Shown: positions 19,983-30,209, counted from the first letter of the stretch. The stretch: 64,000 nucleotides of DNA from Promethearchaeota archaeon (GCA_016840085.1 JAEOTA010000006.1:1-64000), one strand, 5' to 3'. Program-made: numbers and translations. The notes: generated by a model not told the origin, from the sequence alone.

Positions 19983-21383
19983 ATGGCTGAAGAAAGGAAA
20001 AGTTCCGAGTCTGAATACTCTTTAAAGAAGGCAGTATTATACAGTTTTGGTGGTTTTACAGATGTTGTTTTTCTACAATTTTTCACTTTTTTAATATTTA
20101 CATTTTACTATTCTGTAATTCAATTAAATGTTGTCTTAATAACTATTGCTTTTGTAATTTGGTCTATATGGAATGCGATTAATGATCCACTTTTAGGGGC
20201 ACTATCTGATCGAACTAGCACAAAATGGGGTCGTAGAAAACCATTTATTTTTGCCGCTATTTTTCCCCTACTCATTGTTAATGTTTTACTCTGGACTCCC
20301 CCTAGAGGGGATGTAACAGCTACTTTCATCTATTTCTTAGTCATCATTATCCTATGGGAATTATTTTACACAATGTTCTCATTGAACCAAACATCATTAT
20401 TTCCTGAAATGTTTCGAGACTTGGATCAACGAGCAAAAGCAAATACTTCAGTTCAATTCTTTCAAGTTATTTCTCTTTTAGTTGCTTTTATTTTACCGGG
20501 AATATTCATCCCTCAATATAATGATCCACAGTATTTTTCTGAATTCCGTATAGCAGCGATTGTAATTTCAATCATTTGTGGTACTACTGGACTTCTTTTT
20601 ATTAAATTTGGCATAAGAGAAAGAGTGGAATTTTCTAAGGATCCTGAAAGTGCACCCTCGTTCTTAACTGCATTAAAGTATACATTCAGAAATAAATCAT
20701 TCAGGCTGTATATTATTGGAAATTTTGCTCTTTGGTATGCATTTGGCATGTTACCAACTGTATGGCCTCTCTATGGTGATTTTGTGTTGGGTGTCCCCGA
20801 TGCTTTTGTTCAATCATTAATGCTCGGAGGGGCTTTTATTGCTGCTATGATTTTTATGTTCCCATGGCGGATTATAGTTAATAAACTTGGAGCTAAGAGC
20901 GCTTACATTTTAGCATTAATTGTTTTTATCGCAACATTGTCGCCATTTATGTTTATATCTAATTTTCTGGGTGGGTTAATCACGATGATAATTTGGGGCT
21001 TTGGACTGGCTGGTGTACTGTTTGTTAGAGACATTACAATCGCGGCTATAATTGATGAGGATGAATTAAATACTGGAATCCGAAGAGAAGCGGGGTACTA
21101 TGGTATAAATGGGTTTATAATTAAATTAACTAATGTAGTAATTTATATTACAATAGCACTTGTATTTATTGGAGTAGAATGGGCTATCTTTGACCCTACT
21201 ACAATAACTGATGCGAATATTTTTGGTTTACGTAGCTTAATGTTTATTTTTCCTACAATCTTTCTAGTACTTGGAATTATAGCAATGCTATTTTTTCCGA
21301 TCGATAAGGAAAAATATGATAAATTAACAGAGGACGCTAGAAAACTTCATTCAGAAAAAAAAGAAAAGGTTGCTCGTAACTAA
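19983..21383 (+). CDS. MFS transporter, glycoside-pentoside-hexuronide (MelB-like) family
   Basis: WNAINDPLLG.LSDRT.TKWGRRKPF; D.DEL.TG.RRE. Confidence 0.92.
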   Translation: MAEERKSSESEYSLKKAVLYSFGGFTDVVFLQFFTFLIFTFYYSVIQLNVVLITIAFVIWSIWNAINDPLLGALSDRTSTKWGRRKPFIFAAIFPLLIVNVLLWTPPRGDVTATFIYFLVIIILWELFYTMFSLNQTSLFPEMFRDLDQRAKANTSVQFFQVISLLVAFILPGIFIPQYNDPQYFSEFRIAAIVISIICGTTGLLFIKFGIRERVEFSKDPESAPSFLTALKYTFRNKSFRLYIIGNFALWYAFGMLPTVWPLYGDFVLGVPDAFVQSLMLGGAFIAAMIFMFPWRIIVNKLGAKSAYILALIVFIATLSPFMFISNFLGGLITMIIWGFGLAGVLFVRDITIAAIIDEDELNTGIRREAGYYGINGFIIKLTNVVIYITIALVFIGVEWAIFDPTTITDANIFGLRSLMFIFPTIFLVLGIIAMLFFPIDKEKYDKLTEDARKLHSEKKEKVARN

Positions 21384-21452
21384 TACAATGTCTTTTTCAA
21401 GGCATTTAAAATTTGATTTTTTTATTTATATTTTTTTATAAAAAAAGTTAAA

Positions 21453-22961
21453 TCAATTATATCTTCGAAGTTTCAGATAATTTCCATAGCTCCACAAACG
21501 ATAAATGCTTTTAGCTGCTGCTTCAACTGAATTATATACCATTATCCCTTTTTTTATCATTTTAGGACGAAATTCTTGTATGGCTTCTGCTGTTTCCTTT
21601 CGTGGTGCAAATGACATATGTACACTAATTAAGTTTTTTTCTGAGTTTGGTGGTAAAGTATTAGCATAACTATTAACAACTTCATCCATATCTAATCCTT
21701 GTGAAATATACCATTCAGGACTATTAGTAATCATTATTGAAGAAATATGAGGTTCATTATTTAGAACCTTTATAGTTTTAATCATATTTTCATGACCACC
21801 ATGGGCCCCAAATTCTAAAGGGTTTGTTAAATTTGAATTTACTTCAGGAATGAATTCATTTATCATTTTTTGTGCTTTTTCTGTGATTCTTGGAACTTTT
21901 AAGCCATTTAACTCACATTCATCTGTCATCTCAACTGCTGGTCCTCCTCCACCTGTAATGATTGCTGTACCGAGATTGCTAGGAATTTTATATATTAGAC
22001 AGGTTTGGATCATTTCAATTAACTCTTTAAAGTTTCTTACAAGGATTGCACCTGTTTGATGCATCATAGCTCTCCATAATTTAATGTTACCCGCTAAACC
22101 ACCAGTATGACTCATCACTGCGCTATGTCCAGCTTCTAATTTACCACCTTTCCATATTATAACCGGTTTCTCTTTAGTTGTTTTTTTCAATAGTTGAACA
22201 AAATCATTTCCACTTCTCTTTATATTCTCAATATACATAGAAATTACTTTAGTATCTGGATCGGTTCTAAAATAATTCAAGAAATCTACTATATCAAGAT
22301 CTATTTGATTGCCAAGAGAAATTACTTTTGAAAAAAAATAACTATTCAATGGTCCAATATGGGAATGTCTCCCTGCTATTCCCCCCGATTGACTTATAAA
22401 GGTTACTGGACCATCCTTTAATGGAAGGCGATGTGTAAAGCCCAATCGCCCTTTTGGATTATAAATACCCATACAATTAGGACCAAGAATCCGGATGTGA
22501 CTTTTTTTTGCTTTCTCTAAAAGTTGTTTTTCTAGTTTATACCCTTTTTCACCAAGTTCTGAAAATCCACTAGCAAAAATATGAGCAAATAACACACCTT
22601 TTTTTCCTAATTCCTCAACAATTTGAGGTGTGATTTTAGCTGGAACAGCCACTATTCCCAGGTCAATAGGCGGATCATCTGGTAAAGAAGAAATCGAAGC
22701 ACGTACTTTGAATCCCTGAATTTCTTCTCCAGCATACTTTGGATTAACAGGATAAACTGCTCCTGCGTATTCATATTCCTTAAATGTTTCCAAGTAGTGG
22801 GATCCTCCCCAATCTCTATCCTTACTTACCCCAACTACTACCACTGCTCGTGGGTTAAATAATCGATTAAAAGGGATATTTTCTCTTTCAAAGGGGGTAT
22901 TTTTTTCTTTAATTTCTCTTTCCGATATAAAGTCAGGTTTGTGGCTCTCACATTTTGTTAT
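21453..22961 (-). CDS. acyl-CoA synthetase (ADP-forming) alpha subunit / CoA-binding protein; start probably ATA (22961 or 22928)
   Basis: FNPRAVVVVG, YPVNP, GPNCMG, SQSG, SHTG (phospho-His), NPLE; the conserved LFNP motif lies upstream of the first GTG (22844). Confidence 0.88.
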   Translation of the reverse strand: MTKCESHKPDFISEREIKEKNTPFERENIPFNRLFNPRAVVVVGVSKDRDWGGSHYLETFKEYEYAGAVYPVNPKYAGEEIQGFKVRASISSLPDDPPIDLGIVAVPAKITPQIVEELGKKGVLFAHIFASGFSELGEKGYKLEKQLLEKAKKSHIRILGPNCMGIYNPKGRLGFTHRLPLKDGPVTFISQSGGIAGRHSHIGPLNSYFFSKVISLGNQIDLDIVDFLNYFRTDPDTKVISMYIENIKRSGNDFVQLLKKTTKEKPVIIWKGGKLEAGHSAVMSHTGGLAGNIKLWRAMMHQTGAILVRNFKELIEMIQTCLIYKIPSNLGTAIITGGGGPAVEMTDECELNGLKVPRITEKAQKMINEFIPEVNSNLTNPLEFGAHGGHENMIKTIKVLNNEPHISSIMITNSPEWYISQGLDMDEVVNSYANTLPPNSEKNLISVHMSFAPRKETAEAIQEFRPKMIKKGIMVYNSVEAAAKSIYRLWSYGNYLKLRRYN

Positions 22962-23067
22962 ATTAAATCACCAATAATTAAAAACCCTAATTTCTAGATG
23001 ATTAAATTAAGCGTACGTAAAAAATTTTTTTAATTAAAAAAGTAAAAAATAATAAAAAATTATTAAA

Positions 23068-23643
23068 TTAAAGCTTAGATCCACAATTTGGGCAAAAACT
23101 GGCTTTTACTTCTAATTTATGACCACAATAAACGCAAAAATTCTTATCTTCTGTGGGTAATGGAGCATCAAGTTTTTTAGTAGGTGGAACATACTCAGTT
23201 GCGGGTTGATATATTACTCCTTTACCTAATATGATTTGTCCAGTTTCAGAATTAAAACTATATTGTACTATTCCTTTGTTACGCAAATCTACCAATACAC
23301 GTAAAATATCTTTAGGTCTCATACCAATTTCCAAAGCAATATGTTCTAGTTTATGTGTTCCTTCGAAATTTCTTTGAGCTACAGCATTCTTTACAACTTG
23401 TTTGTATTTAATGTTCCTATAAAGTTGTTGAAACCCTCCAATAAAAATGAAAAAAGCTGGAATAAACATCCAGTAGCCCCACGCACTAAGTCCAATAAAA
23501 TCTATGTCAAGTGCTCGTAATACTAAAGATAAAATCGCAACAAAAAGGAACACACATCCACACGCAAAAGTTCCTATAGATGCTTCATAAGATTCTTTAT
23601 AATAATATCTATGCTTATATTTTTCACTACTCAATTTAATCAA
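23068..23643 (-). CDS. membrane protein with PCI-like winged helix and C-terminal zinc ribbon
   Basis: Two TM helices; LEHIALEIG..PKDILRVLVDLRNKG; CVYCG...CPNCG. Confidence 0.75.
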   Translation of the reverse strand: MIKLSSEKYKHRYYYKESYEASIGTFACGCVFLFVAILSLVLRALDIDFIGLSAWGYWMFIPAFFIFIGGFQQLYRNIKYKQVVKNAVAQRNFEGTHKLEHIALEIGMRPKDILRVLVDLRNKGIVQYSFNSETGQIILGKGVIYQPATEYVPPTKKLDAPLPTEDKNFCVYCGHKLEVKASFCPNCGSKL

Positions 23644-23731
23644 TTCCTGTTAAAATTGTAATAAGTTATAGTATACAATTATAATTAAGTGTTTAAATTT
23701 TTTGAATAGACCAATTTTTATTAAAAAGAAA

Positions 23732-25342
23732 TTAGAATATATTAAATGCCTTTCCCATCCAATATACAACAAGATAAGAGGTAGGCACTGCCTGTCTTAA
23801 GCCATTTCCAGTTGGATTACCACCATCACCATAAAATTTGGAATGCTCCCACAGGAAACTATGGACTCCCATTTCTGAGACCGTTAACGGTTTGAGATAT
23901 AAAGAATCTTCAAAATTGATCACATCTCCAATCCAAGAAAATAAACTGCCATAAACGTTATTTTCAAAGAAATTTTTCCATTTTTCTTTATTTGACTCTG
24001 TGTCCATTTTTCTGATTTCTGGATTTAGGCTTGTTGCACGCGTGGAATTCGGTCTTACCGTTAAATTGTAATCTCTAATCCCATTGTCCCATCCTGAGGT
24101 ATTAAAGCGCCAAAGTTGGTCAAGAACATCCCATCTTATCATTTCATCATTATAATTTAGATTTTCAAATTCAGAAGGATTTGTTATTAATGTCATAAAA
24201 ACTAAATGCCCAATATTGAAAAAGGCATTGCGATGATACTTGACATATCTATAAAACTTTTGTTCAAAATTTTCAATATAGTGATATTGCAATTTTAGAT
24301 TGTCTTCAAGCAGAATTAACGCAATTTCTACATCCATTCCAAAGGCAAGTGCATAAGTATCATACGCTGTATTCTGTTTTCCTCCCATAGCCGCTTCATT
24401 CATAGACAACATTTTAGACGCTGCATAATGATATAAAGAATCATACTTTTCAGGTAAAGCTGTAGCTCCTATTCTTAGGAGAGTTAATTGCCATGCACTA
24501 CCTTCAAAGAAAGGATTAAGATCTGAACCAACTGGTTCACCTTCTCCCCCCAAAACAAGCCAGTTAGTCTTTTTAAAGCCCTCAATCATTTGTTCTGTCA
24601 ATAATGTTATTCTATTTACACACCATTTACTATCGTCATTTTCATTAGGATCAATAAATTTTAAGACACATGCAAACCCGAGGAAATATCCTGCAAGTTC
24701 ATCTCTACTTGTATGAAGCCGTACTCGCCATTTTTGATAAGGCCCTGTTCCATTGAAATGTCTTGGATGTTCTTCAAAAATCCAAGGATGATATTTACGA
24801 TTTTCAGGAGCACATACAAATCTTGCTGGCATTCCAGTATATTGAGGACCAATTCCTCCATTAGGTGCGGCTAACATATTGCTAAAAGCACTTACACATT
24901 TTTTGACCATGCGTGTGGCGTTATTCAATTCAAGTATATCCCCACTGTCTAACGCTGCTTTATATCTAAAACATTGAGATGCTAGGGTGTAACCTATTTT
25001 TAAAGCACCGTTATCTGTGCCATGCCATGTTTCAACTTCCAAATAACTACAGTTAGTAAAAGTTATATCAACACTAATATTTGTGGGCATATGAAATCTC
25101 TCCATTTGCAAATCATATGTATGAGCTAATTTATCTAAATAACTTGAATTCCCTAAGATGTCATTTAAGTTATAAAAATATTTTGTGTTTGGAGGATCCA
25201 ATTTTAAAGTAAAAGAAGCAACATTATCTAACACATATAGACAGAGACCTGCATAACTACCAAAACCAATTAATGGGATTAAAAATAGAAATGTAATAGC
25301 AGCATTTTTTTTTTTAAGATTTTTCCTCTTTCTTATCCTCAT
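23732..25342 (-). CDS. membrane-anchored/secreted hypothetical protein (possible alpha/alpha-barrel glycan-active enzyme)
   Basis: Basic N-terminus plus TM helix; TSRDELAGY motif; aromatic-rich helical body. Confidence 0.6.
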   Translation of the reverse strand: MRIRKRKNLKKKNAAITFLFLIPLIGFGSYAGLCLYVLDNVASFTLKLDPPNTKYFYNLNDILGNSSYLDKLAHTYDLQMERFHMPTNISVDITFTNCSYLEVETWHGTDNGALKIGYTLASQCFRYKAALDSGDILELNNATRMVKKCVSAFSNMLAAPNGGIGPQYTGMPARFVCAPENRKYHPWIFEEHPRHFNGTGPYQKWRVRLHTSRDELAGYFLGFACVLKFIDPNENDDSKWCVNRITLLTEQMIEGFKKTNWLVLGGEGEPVGSDLNPFFEGSAWQLTLLRIGATALPEKYDSLYHYAASKMLSMNEAAMGGKQNTAYDTYALAFGMDVEIALILLEDNLKLQYHYIENFEQKFYRYVKYHRNAFFNIGHLVFMTLITNPSEFENLNYNDEMIRWDVLDQLWRFNTSGWDNGIRDYNLTVRPNSTRATSLNPEIRKMDTESNKEKWKNFFENNVYGSLFSWIGDVINFEDSLYLKPLTVSEMGVHSFLWEHSKFYGDGGNPTGNGLRQAVPTSYLVVYWMGKAFNIF

Positions 25343-25350
25343 AATATTAA

Positions 25351-26100
25351 CTATGAGCTGGAACTATTTAATTCTTTTAACCAAGATGAATCTTTTTTTA
25401 ATAGTTTATAAATTTCTATATTACCAAAATCTCCTCTAAATTGATCTTTTTCCATTTTAATTACCCTGACTTTCCAATTTCTCTCTTTAATTCCAATTCT
25501 GATAGCATCTGGTATTTCAATCTCTCCTCTTTTAGAAGGTTTTAAAATTTTTAAAACATTAAAAATTTCTTTAGAAAAAATAAAAATTCCACAATTATTA
25601 TAATTGTATCCTGAGTCTTTGGGAGGTTTTTCTATAATATCTTTACAGTATAAATCATCAGAAATTACAGCAGCTCCCAAATAAGGATCGTAAGAAAAAT
25701 TCACTACCATGACGAAATTTTGGTTCTCATTTAGAAATGTTTTGTAAATATCTTTATACACCTTATAAGGCACTAATACATCTCCCCAAGTTAAAAAGAA
25801 ATGACTTTCATCAATGAATTGTTCACATAATAATAAAGCTCCGCCTGTGCCACTTAATTCTTTTTGTTCGACATACTTTATATTTATTCCCCATTTCTTA
25901 CCATCTCGAAAATAAGCTAAAATTTGTTCTTTTTGATATCCTACTACTAATATTAATTCTTTGAAGCCACTAGAAATTAACCCATTTACAATATATTCTA
26001 ATAAAGGTTTTCCATGGATAGGAAGCATCGTTTTTTGGTAAACATCAGTATAAGGTTTCAATCGTTTACCATATCCTGCACACAAAATTATAGCCTTCAA
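25351..26100 (-). CDS. sugar-phosphate nucleotidyltransferase
   Basis: AIILCAGYGKRL.PYT, GTGGA, GD, IIEKP, S.RGEIEIPD; TTG start overlaps upstream TGA. Confidence 0.9.
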   Translation of the reverse strand: MKAIILCAGYGKRLKPYTDVYQKTMLPIHGKPLLEYIVNGLISSGFKELILVVGYQKEQILAYFRDGKKWGINIKYVEQKELSGTGGALLLCEQFIDESHFFLTWGDVLVPYKVYKDIYKTFLNENQNFVMVVNFSYDPYLGAAVISDDLYCKDIIEKPPKDSGYNYNNCGIFIFSKEIFNVLKILKPSKRGEIEIPDAIRIGIKERNWKVRVIKMEKDQFRGDFGNIEIYKLLKKDSSWLKELNSSSS

Positions 26101-27200
26101 TAATATTCAGCTCCATTACTAGTTTTTAGTATAAATGCCTTACCACCAGCATCTTCAATAGCATTTTTAATTTTTTCTTCCCCTCCAGGTGATAAAGCAA
26201 ATATGGTCCCACCAAATCCAGATCCATTTATTTTTCCACCTAAAGCACCAGATCTTTTGCATTTAAGCAACATATCATCAATTTTTCGAGTAGAAACTTG
26301 AATATTTTCTTTTAACTGTTTTTGATGCAAATCTAATAAATTACCTAGTGATTCATAGAATTTTAGAGTTTTTTTAGAATATTCTTCTTTTAAGAATATA
26401 TATCTATTTTGTTCAATTAATTTTTTAGCTTTAATTGTATAATTTCGATTATGAATATTTCCTAAAATTTTCTTTTGATATTCTTTTTTTAGATTAGGTA
26501 AAAAAGGTTCTATTTCTTCTAAATTTGTTGTATATTGATTAAAATTTGGCATTATTTTTTTTATTTCTTTAAATGCGTTAAGAGTCACATTTTTAACCCT
26601 AATTAAATCATCAACTGTTTTTTTCTTTTCCATGGAATTTCCCAAAACAAAACCGTTAAGTTTGACTTTATAATGGATTAAATTTGGTTTAGGTAATTTA
26701 GGTTCAAGGTAGATTAAATTACCAAAAGTAGAAGCGAAATGATCCATCATCCCGCCACCCTCTTTAAACTCTTTAACTTCTGTATTATATCCATCGAGTG
26801 CTAATTGAAATGATTTTACTTTTTTATTACTGATAATATTTAAAAAAAATAACCATACCATAACTAAAGCTGAAGAGCTAGCAACTCCCGCGTTAATGGG
26901 TATATCTCCAGTTATATTAATCTTATAACCTTTATCAAACCGTACACCTTTTCTTAAAAATTGATTATAACCACTTCTGAGATAATCTCTTTTCGATTCA
27001 TATTCTAATTTTTTCTTATTTAATTTAATTTCTGATTGTTGGCTAATATCTGACATATTGATTAGGAATTTAGATTCCAATATTCGTTCTGCTTCTAAAT
27101 ATATGTATTTTGAAATAGCCATTGCAATAACAGGAAAATTTAAATAATCCTGATGTTCTCCAAATAAGCAAATCCTGCCAGGAGCTCTTAACCGAATCAT
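26097..27200 (-). CDS. GHMP kinase (galactokinase-like)
   Basis: APGRICLFGEHQDY, IPINAGVASSSA, GMMD, GSGFGG. Confidence 0.88.
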   Translation of the reverse strand: MIRLRAPGRICLFGEHQDYLNFPVIAMAISKYIYLEAERILESKFLINMSDISQQSEIKLNKKKLEYESKRDYLRSGYNQFLRKGVRFDKGYKINITGDIPINAGVASSSALVMVWLFFLNIISNKKVKSFQLALDGYNTEVKEFKEGGGMMDHFASTFGNLIYLEPKLPKPNLIHYKVKLNGFVLGNSMEKKKTVDDLIRVKNVTLNAFKEIKKIMPNFNQYTTNLEEIEPFLPNLKKEYQKKILGNIHNRNYTIKAKKLIEQNRYIFLKEEYSKKTLKFYESLGNLLDLHQKQLKENIQVSTRKIDDMLLKCKRSGALGGKINGSGFGGTIFALSPGGEEKIKNAIEDAGGKAFILKTSNGAEYY

Positions 27201-27328
27201 ATTATTGTGATTATTAATATTATTAGCGTATTACAGATGTATTATAATCACTTGTGTATTATAATTATTGATTTTGTGAATACAACTACAAGATTTTTAA
27301 CAATATTTGACAGTTACTCCTGAGCTTA

Positions 27329-28078
27329 ATGATTTGCGACGTTGTCATTATTAAAGATGGATTACCATTACTATCTAAGAATATCTCCAATTCATTTAAT
27401 ACAAAAAATTTGTTTTCTGAGGTAGATAACCTTATAATGGTAAGTGGGTTCTTTTCAGCCCTGAATTCATTTTCAGATTCATTTGAGGATTTAGGAACCA
27501 TTAGCGAATTGAAGCTTTCAAATAATAATCTTAAATTATCGTTTTTAAAAGATTCAAATATACCAGATTTAATTTATCTTGCGACCTATGATAAGAATTC
27601 TGAACTTGCAAATGTACAAAGATTTTTAAAAAAACTAGCTAACAATTTTTTAAAAGAATTTAGTATTAATCAAATTTCAAATTGGAACGGCAGATTAGAT
27701 AGTTTTAAATCATTTGAAAATGTAATTAAGCATTATATTGAAGTAGAAGACAGTAAAAAGAAAGCTCAATTCAAAAATCAGGTATATGATTGGATTAAAG
27801 GTTTCGAAAATCCAATTGATCAAATTGAAACACCTAAAACAGAATCAGAAATAGTAGATTCTGTTCCAGACTTTTATATTTATATTCCAACTATTATGAC
27901 CTCTGAAAAAGTAAATTCTAAATATTATTTAACAGGAGATACATCGTGTAAAGTGTATGAATTTATTGATGGAAAGAAAAACATTAACCAAATCGCGGAA
28001 GAATTAAATTTAAGTCAAAAAAAAGTTTATAATCTATGTAAAAGCCTATGTAAAATACAACTTATTTCATTCAAATAA
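27329..28078 (+). CDS. Asgard longin-like domain protein with C-terminal winged helix
   Basis: VIIKDGLPL, SGFFSALNSF, FLKKL...F...WNG...F pattern; IDGKKNINQIAEEL HTH. Confidence 0.7.
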   Translation: MICDVVIIKDGLPLLSKNISNSFNTKNLFSEVDNLIMVSGFFSALNSFSDSFEDLGTISELKLSNNNLKLSFLKDSNIPDLIYLATYDKNSELANVQRFLKKLANNFLKEFSINQISNWNGRLDSFKSFENVIKHYIEVEDSKKKAQFKNQVYDWIKGFENPIDQIETPKTESEIVDSVPDFYIYIPTIMTSEKVNSKYYLTGDTSCKVYEFIDGKKNINQIAEELNLSQKKVYNLCKSLCKIQLISFK

Positions 28079-28137
28079 AAATTTAATACACAAATTTTTT
28101 ACCGCAAAATTTGGCTCCGTTAGTTTGTTGCATTAGC

Positions 28138-28854
28138 AAGAACAAGTTTTACTTACAAAAAATTTAAAATCTAATGGTGATGAGATAGAGATTTCATTTT
28201 TAAAAAAACATGAAAAACTTTTAAATCAAAGAGAAAAACAGTTAAGGCAAAAAGAAATAATGTTGGAGCAACGAGAAGAAGATCAAGTAATTATTCACTC
28301 ATATGAAAATAAAAGATTTGATCGCATTTTAAATTCCAATAATGATAATGAATTAGTCATTCCTATGGTATATTACGCGTTAATTAATTCATTTGATAAT
28401 AATATTAAAGCAACTACATTTTCTATTCAAGGATTAGGTTCGGGTAGAGGTTTGATTCTTAAGGATCCTGTAAATAATATTTTCGCAATGTCGTATATTT
28501 AATTACCAAATTCCTCTGCTGCTAAGCAAGGTTATCATTTGCTTTTTCCTCATACTTTTATAGATACATATACAAGATTTATATAATAACTTATTATACC
28601 CTGGAGCAAAAGAAGCAAACATTAGAGTAAGTATTGTCAGTGGAGCTAAACTATTTTTAGATTATGACCAGACATATCAAGAAAACATAGAAAATATTAA
28701 AAAAGGATTAAGTTCAATGCATATAAAAATAGATTCAGAAGATATTGGAGGTTTAAGTGAAAGATCAGTAATTTACGACTCCATAAATGATGCGCTTTAT
28801 GTTAAAAAAACATGGGAATTCCAATATCGACAAATAACACAATTGAACTTATAA
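28138..28854 (+). pseudogene. CheD-like (chemoreceptor glutamine deamidase fold) pseudogene
   Basis: GLGSGRGLILKDP..MSYI*LP...FIDT, then +1 frame GAKEANIRVSIVSGAKLF..N..EDIGGLSERSVIYD; in-frame TAA at 28500 and a frameshift near 28575. Confidence 0.75.
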
Positions 28855-28883
28855 TATCTTTGCTCTACTTAATTTAGAATTAA

Positions 28884-29831
28884 TTAATATCGATATATAT
28901 CAAATATCCAAGCTCTTCCTCCTGTTTCGGTTATTGCTTCGGCGACTTCTTTTTGTTTACTAGGTGCTATCGCAACCATACATCCTCCACCACCAGCCCC
29001 CATTTGTTTTGCACCTAAAGCACCAGCATCTTTTGCTGCTTTACATAAATTTACGATTTTTGGGGTATCTGCTTTCAAAACTGCTTCTTGTGCTTGTTGT
29101 TTATTCATTAATTCCCCTAATTTATTAAAGTCTTTCTTCAATAACGCGTCCCTTGCTTGATAAACACAGTTTTCTATTACTCGAAAAGCTTCTAATATAG
29201 CAGGATCATTTTCTTTTATCTGTTTTTTTACTCTATTTAATACAAAAGATGCTTTTCTTTCTTCTAATGAATCTCCAACAACAATCGGCATTTTTTCAAT
29301 GCCTAAGTGCTCTACCCCAGGATTTTCATAACTTGTATTTATAAACACAATTCCACCATGAGCGATTGTATATTGATCTAACCTACCACACATTATTCCC
29401 AGATCATGGTTCTCACCTAAATAAGCAAGCTCTGCAATTTCATCTAATGCGAGATTCAAATTATATGCTTGATTTATAGCTTTAATAAAACCTATTGATA
29501 CAGCAGCAGAAGTTGATAATCCTGCTCCAATTGGAATGTCAGAATCTACTTCCATAAAAAATCCTTTTTTAATATGCTTCTTAAGTCTTTCATATAAAAC
29601 ACTCCAATAAGCTAAATCAATGTCACGAGGTGGAGACTCATTTAAATTGAATGATATCCTTTCTTTAGTATTATGGCTATAGAATTCAACGATATTATCA
29701 GTCTTTTCTTTATAAGTGATTGTCATCATCAAATTTATTGCCATACCGATAACAGGTTTTCCTAAAAGGTCTACTTTATCCCCCATCAAACAAATTCGAC
29801 CCGGTATTTTTAGAGAGATTTCTTTTTCCAT
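28884..29831 (-). CDS. GHMP kinase (galactokinase/mevalonate kinase-like)
   Basis: PGRICLMGD, IPIGAGLSTSAA, CGRLDQY, GAGGGG. Confidence 0.88.
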   Translation of the reverse strand: MEKEISLKIPGRICLMGDKVDLLGKPVIGMAINLMMTITYKEKTDNIVEFYSHNTKERISFNLNESPPRDIDLAYWSVLYERLKKHIKKGFFMEVDSDIPIGAGLSTSAAVSIGFIKAINQAYNLNLALDEIAELAYLGENHDLGIMCGRLDQYTIAHGGIVFINTSYENPGVEHLGIEKMPIVVGDSLEERKASFVLNRVKKQIKENDPAILEAFRVIENCVYQARDALLKKDFNKLGELMNKQQAQEAVLKADTPKIVNLCKAAKDAGALGAKQMGAGGGGCMVAIAPSKQKEVAEAITETGGRAWIFDIYRY

Positions 29832-29903
29832 AATAATTAAACTTGAACTATAGTTTTAATGTCGAATTAATTAATTCAAAATTAGGGTGTGAAAAATAAT
29901 ATT

Positions 29904-30209
29904 TTACAGTTGCTTTCTTTTTTGCTGGAGTTTCTTCTTCTTACGATCTGCCTCTTGAATTTCCTCTTGTAACTCATACATCTGTGAATCAACTCTACCT
30001 TGTAGTTTAAATTGCCCAAAAATTTTACTTTCTTCACGCTCACCAGATTTTGAAATTTTTTCAAAAGATAATTCTATTGGTAAATCTTGATTTAAAGCTA
30101 AATTTATAAAGTTTATGAATCCAATGTGTTTACTCGGCGCAATATTAAATTTTATAATTAAATCTTTATTTTTTTTGGTTTTTGTTTTTAAAATTAAACG
30201 TAATTTCAA
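29904..30209 (-). CDS. hypothetical protein
   Basis: 101-aa basic ORF, TTG start, C-terminal coiled coil. Confidence 0.65.
   Translation of the reverse strand: MKLRLILKTKTKKNKDLIIKFNIAPSKHIGFINFINLALNQDLPIELSFEKISKSGEREESKIFGQFKLQGRVDSQMYELQEEIQEADRKKKKLQQKRKQL

Noticed and set aside
28500-28502. Stop-codon readthrough or alternative genetic code at the CheD-like TAA
   Set aside because: A frameshift follows about 25 codons later and TAA terminates most genes in the window, so pseudogenisation is simpler
28884-29831. Firm mevalonate kinase (mvk) assignment
   Set aside because: CGRLDQY resembles sugar-kinase CGIMDQ more than the mevalonate kinase SGxD motif; substrate unresolved
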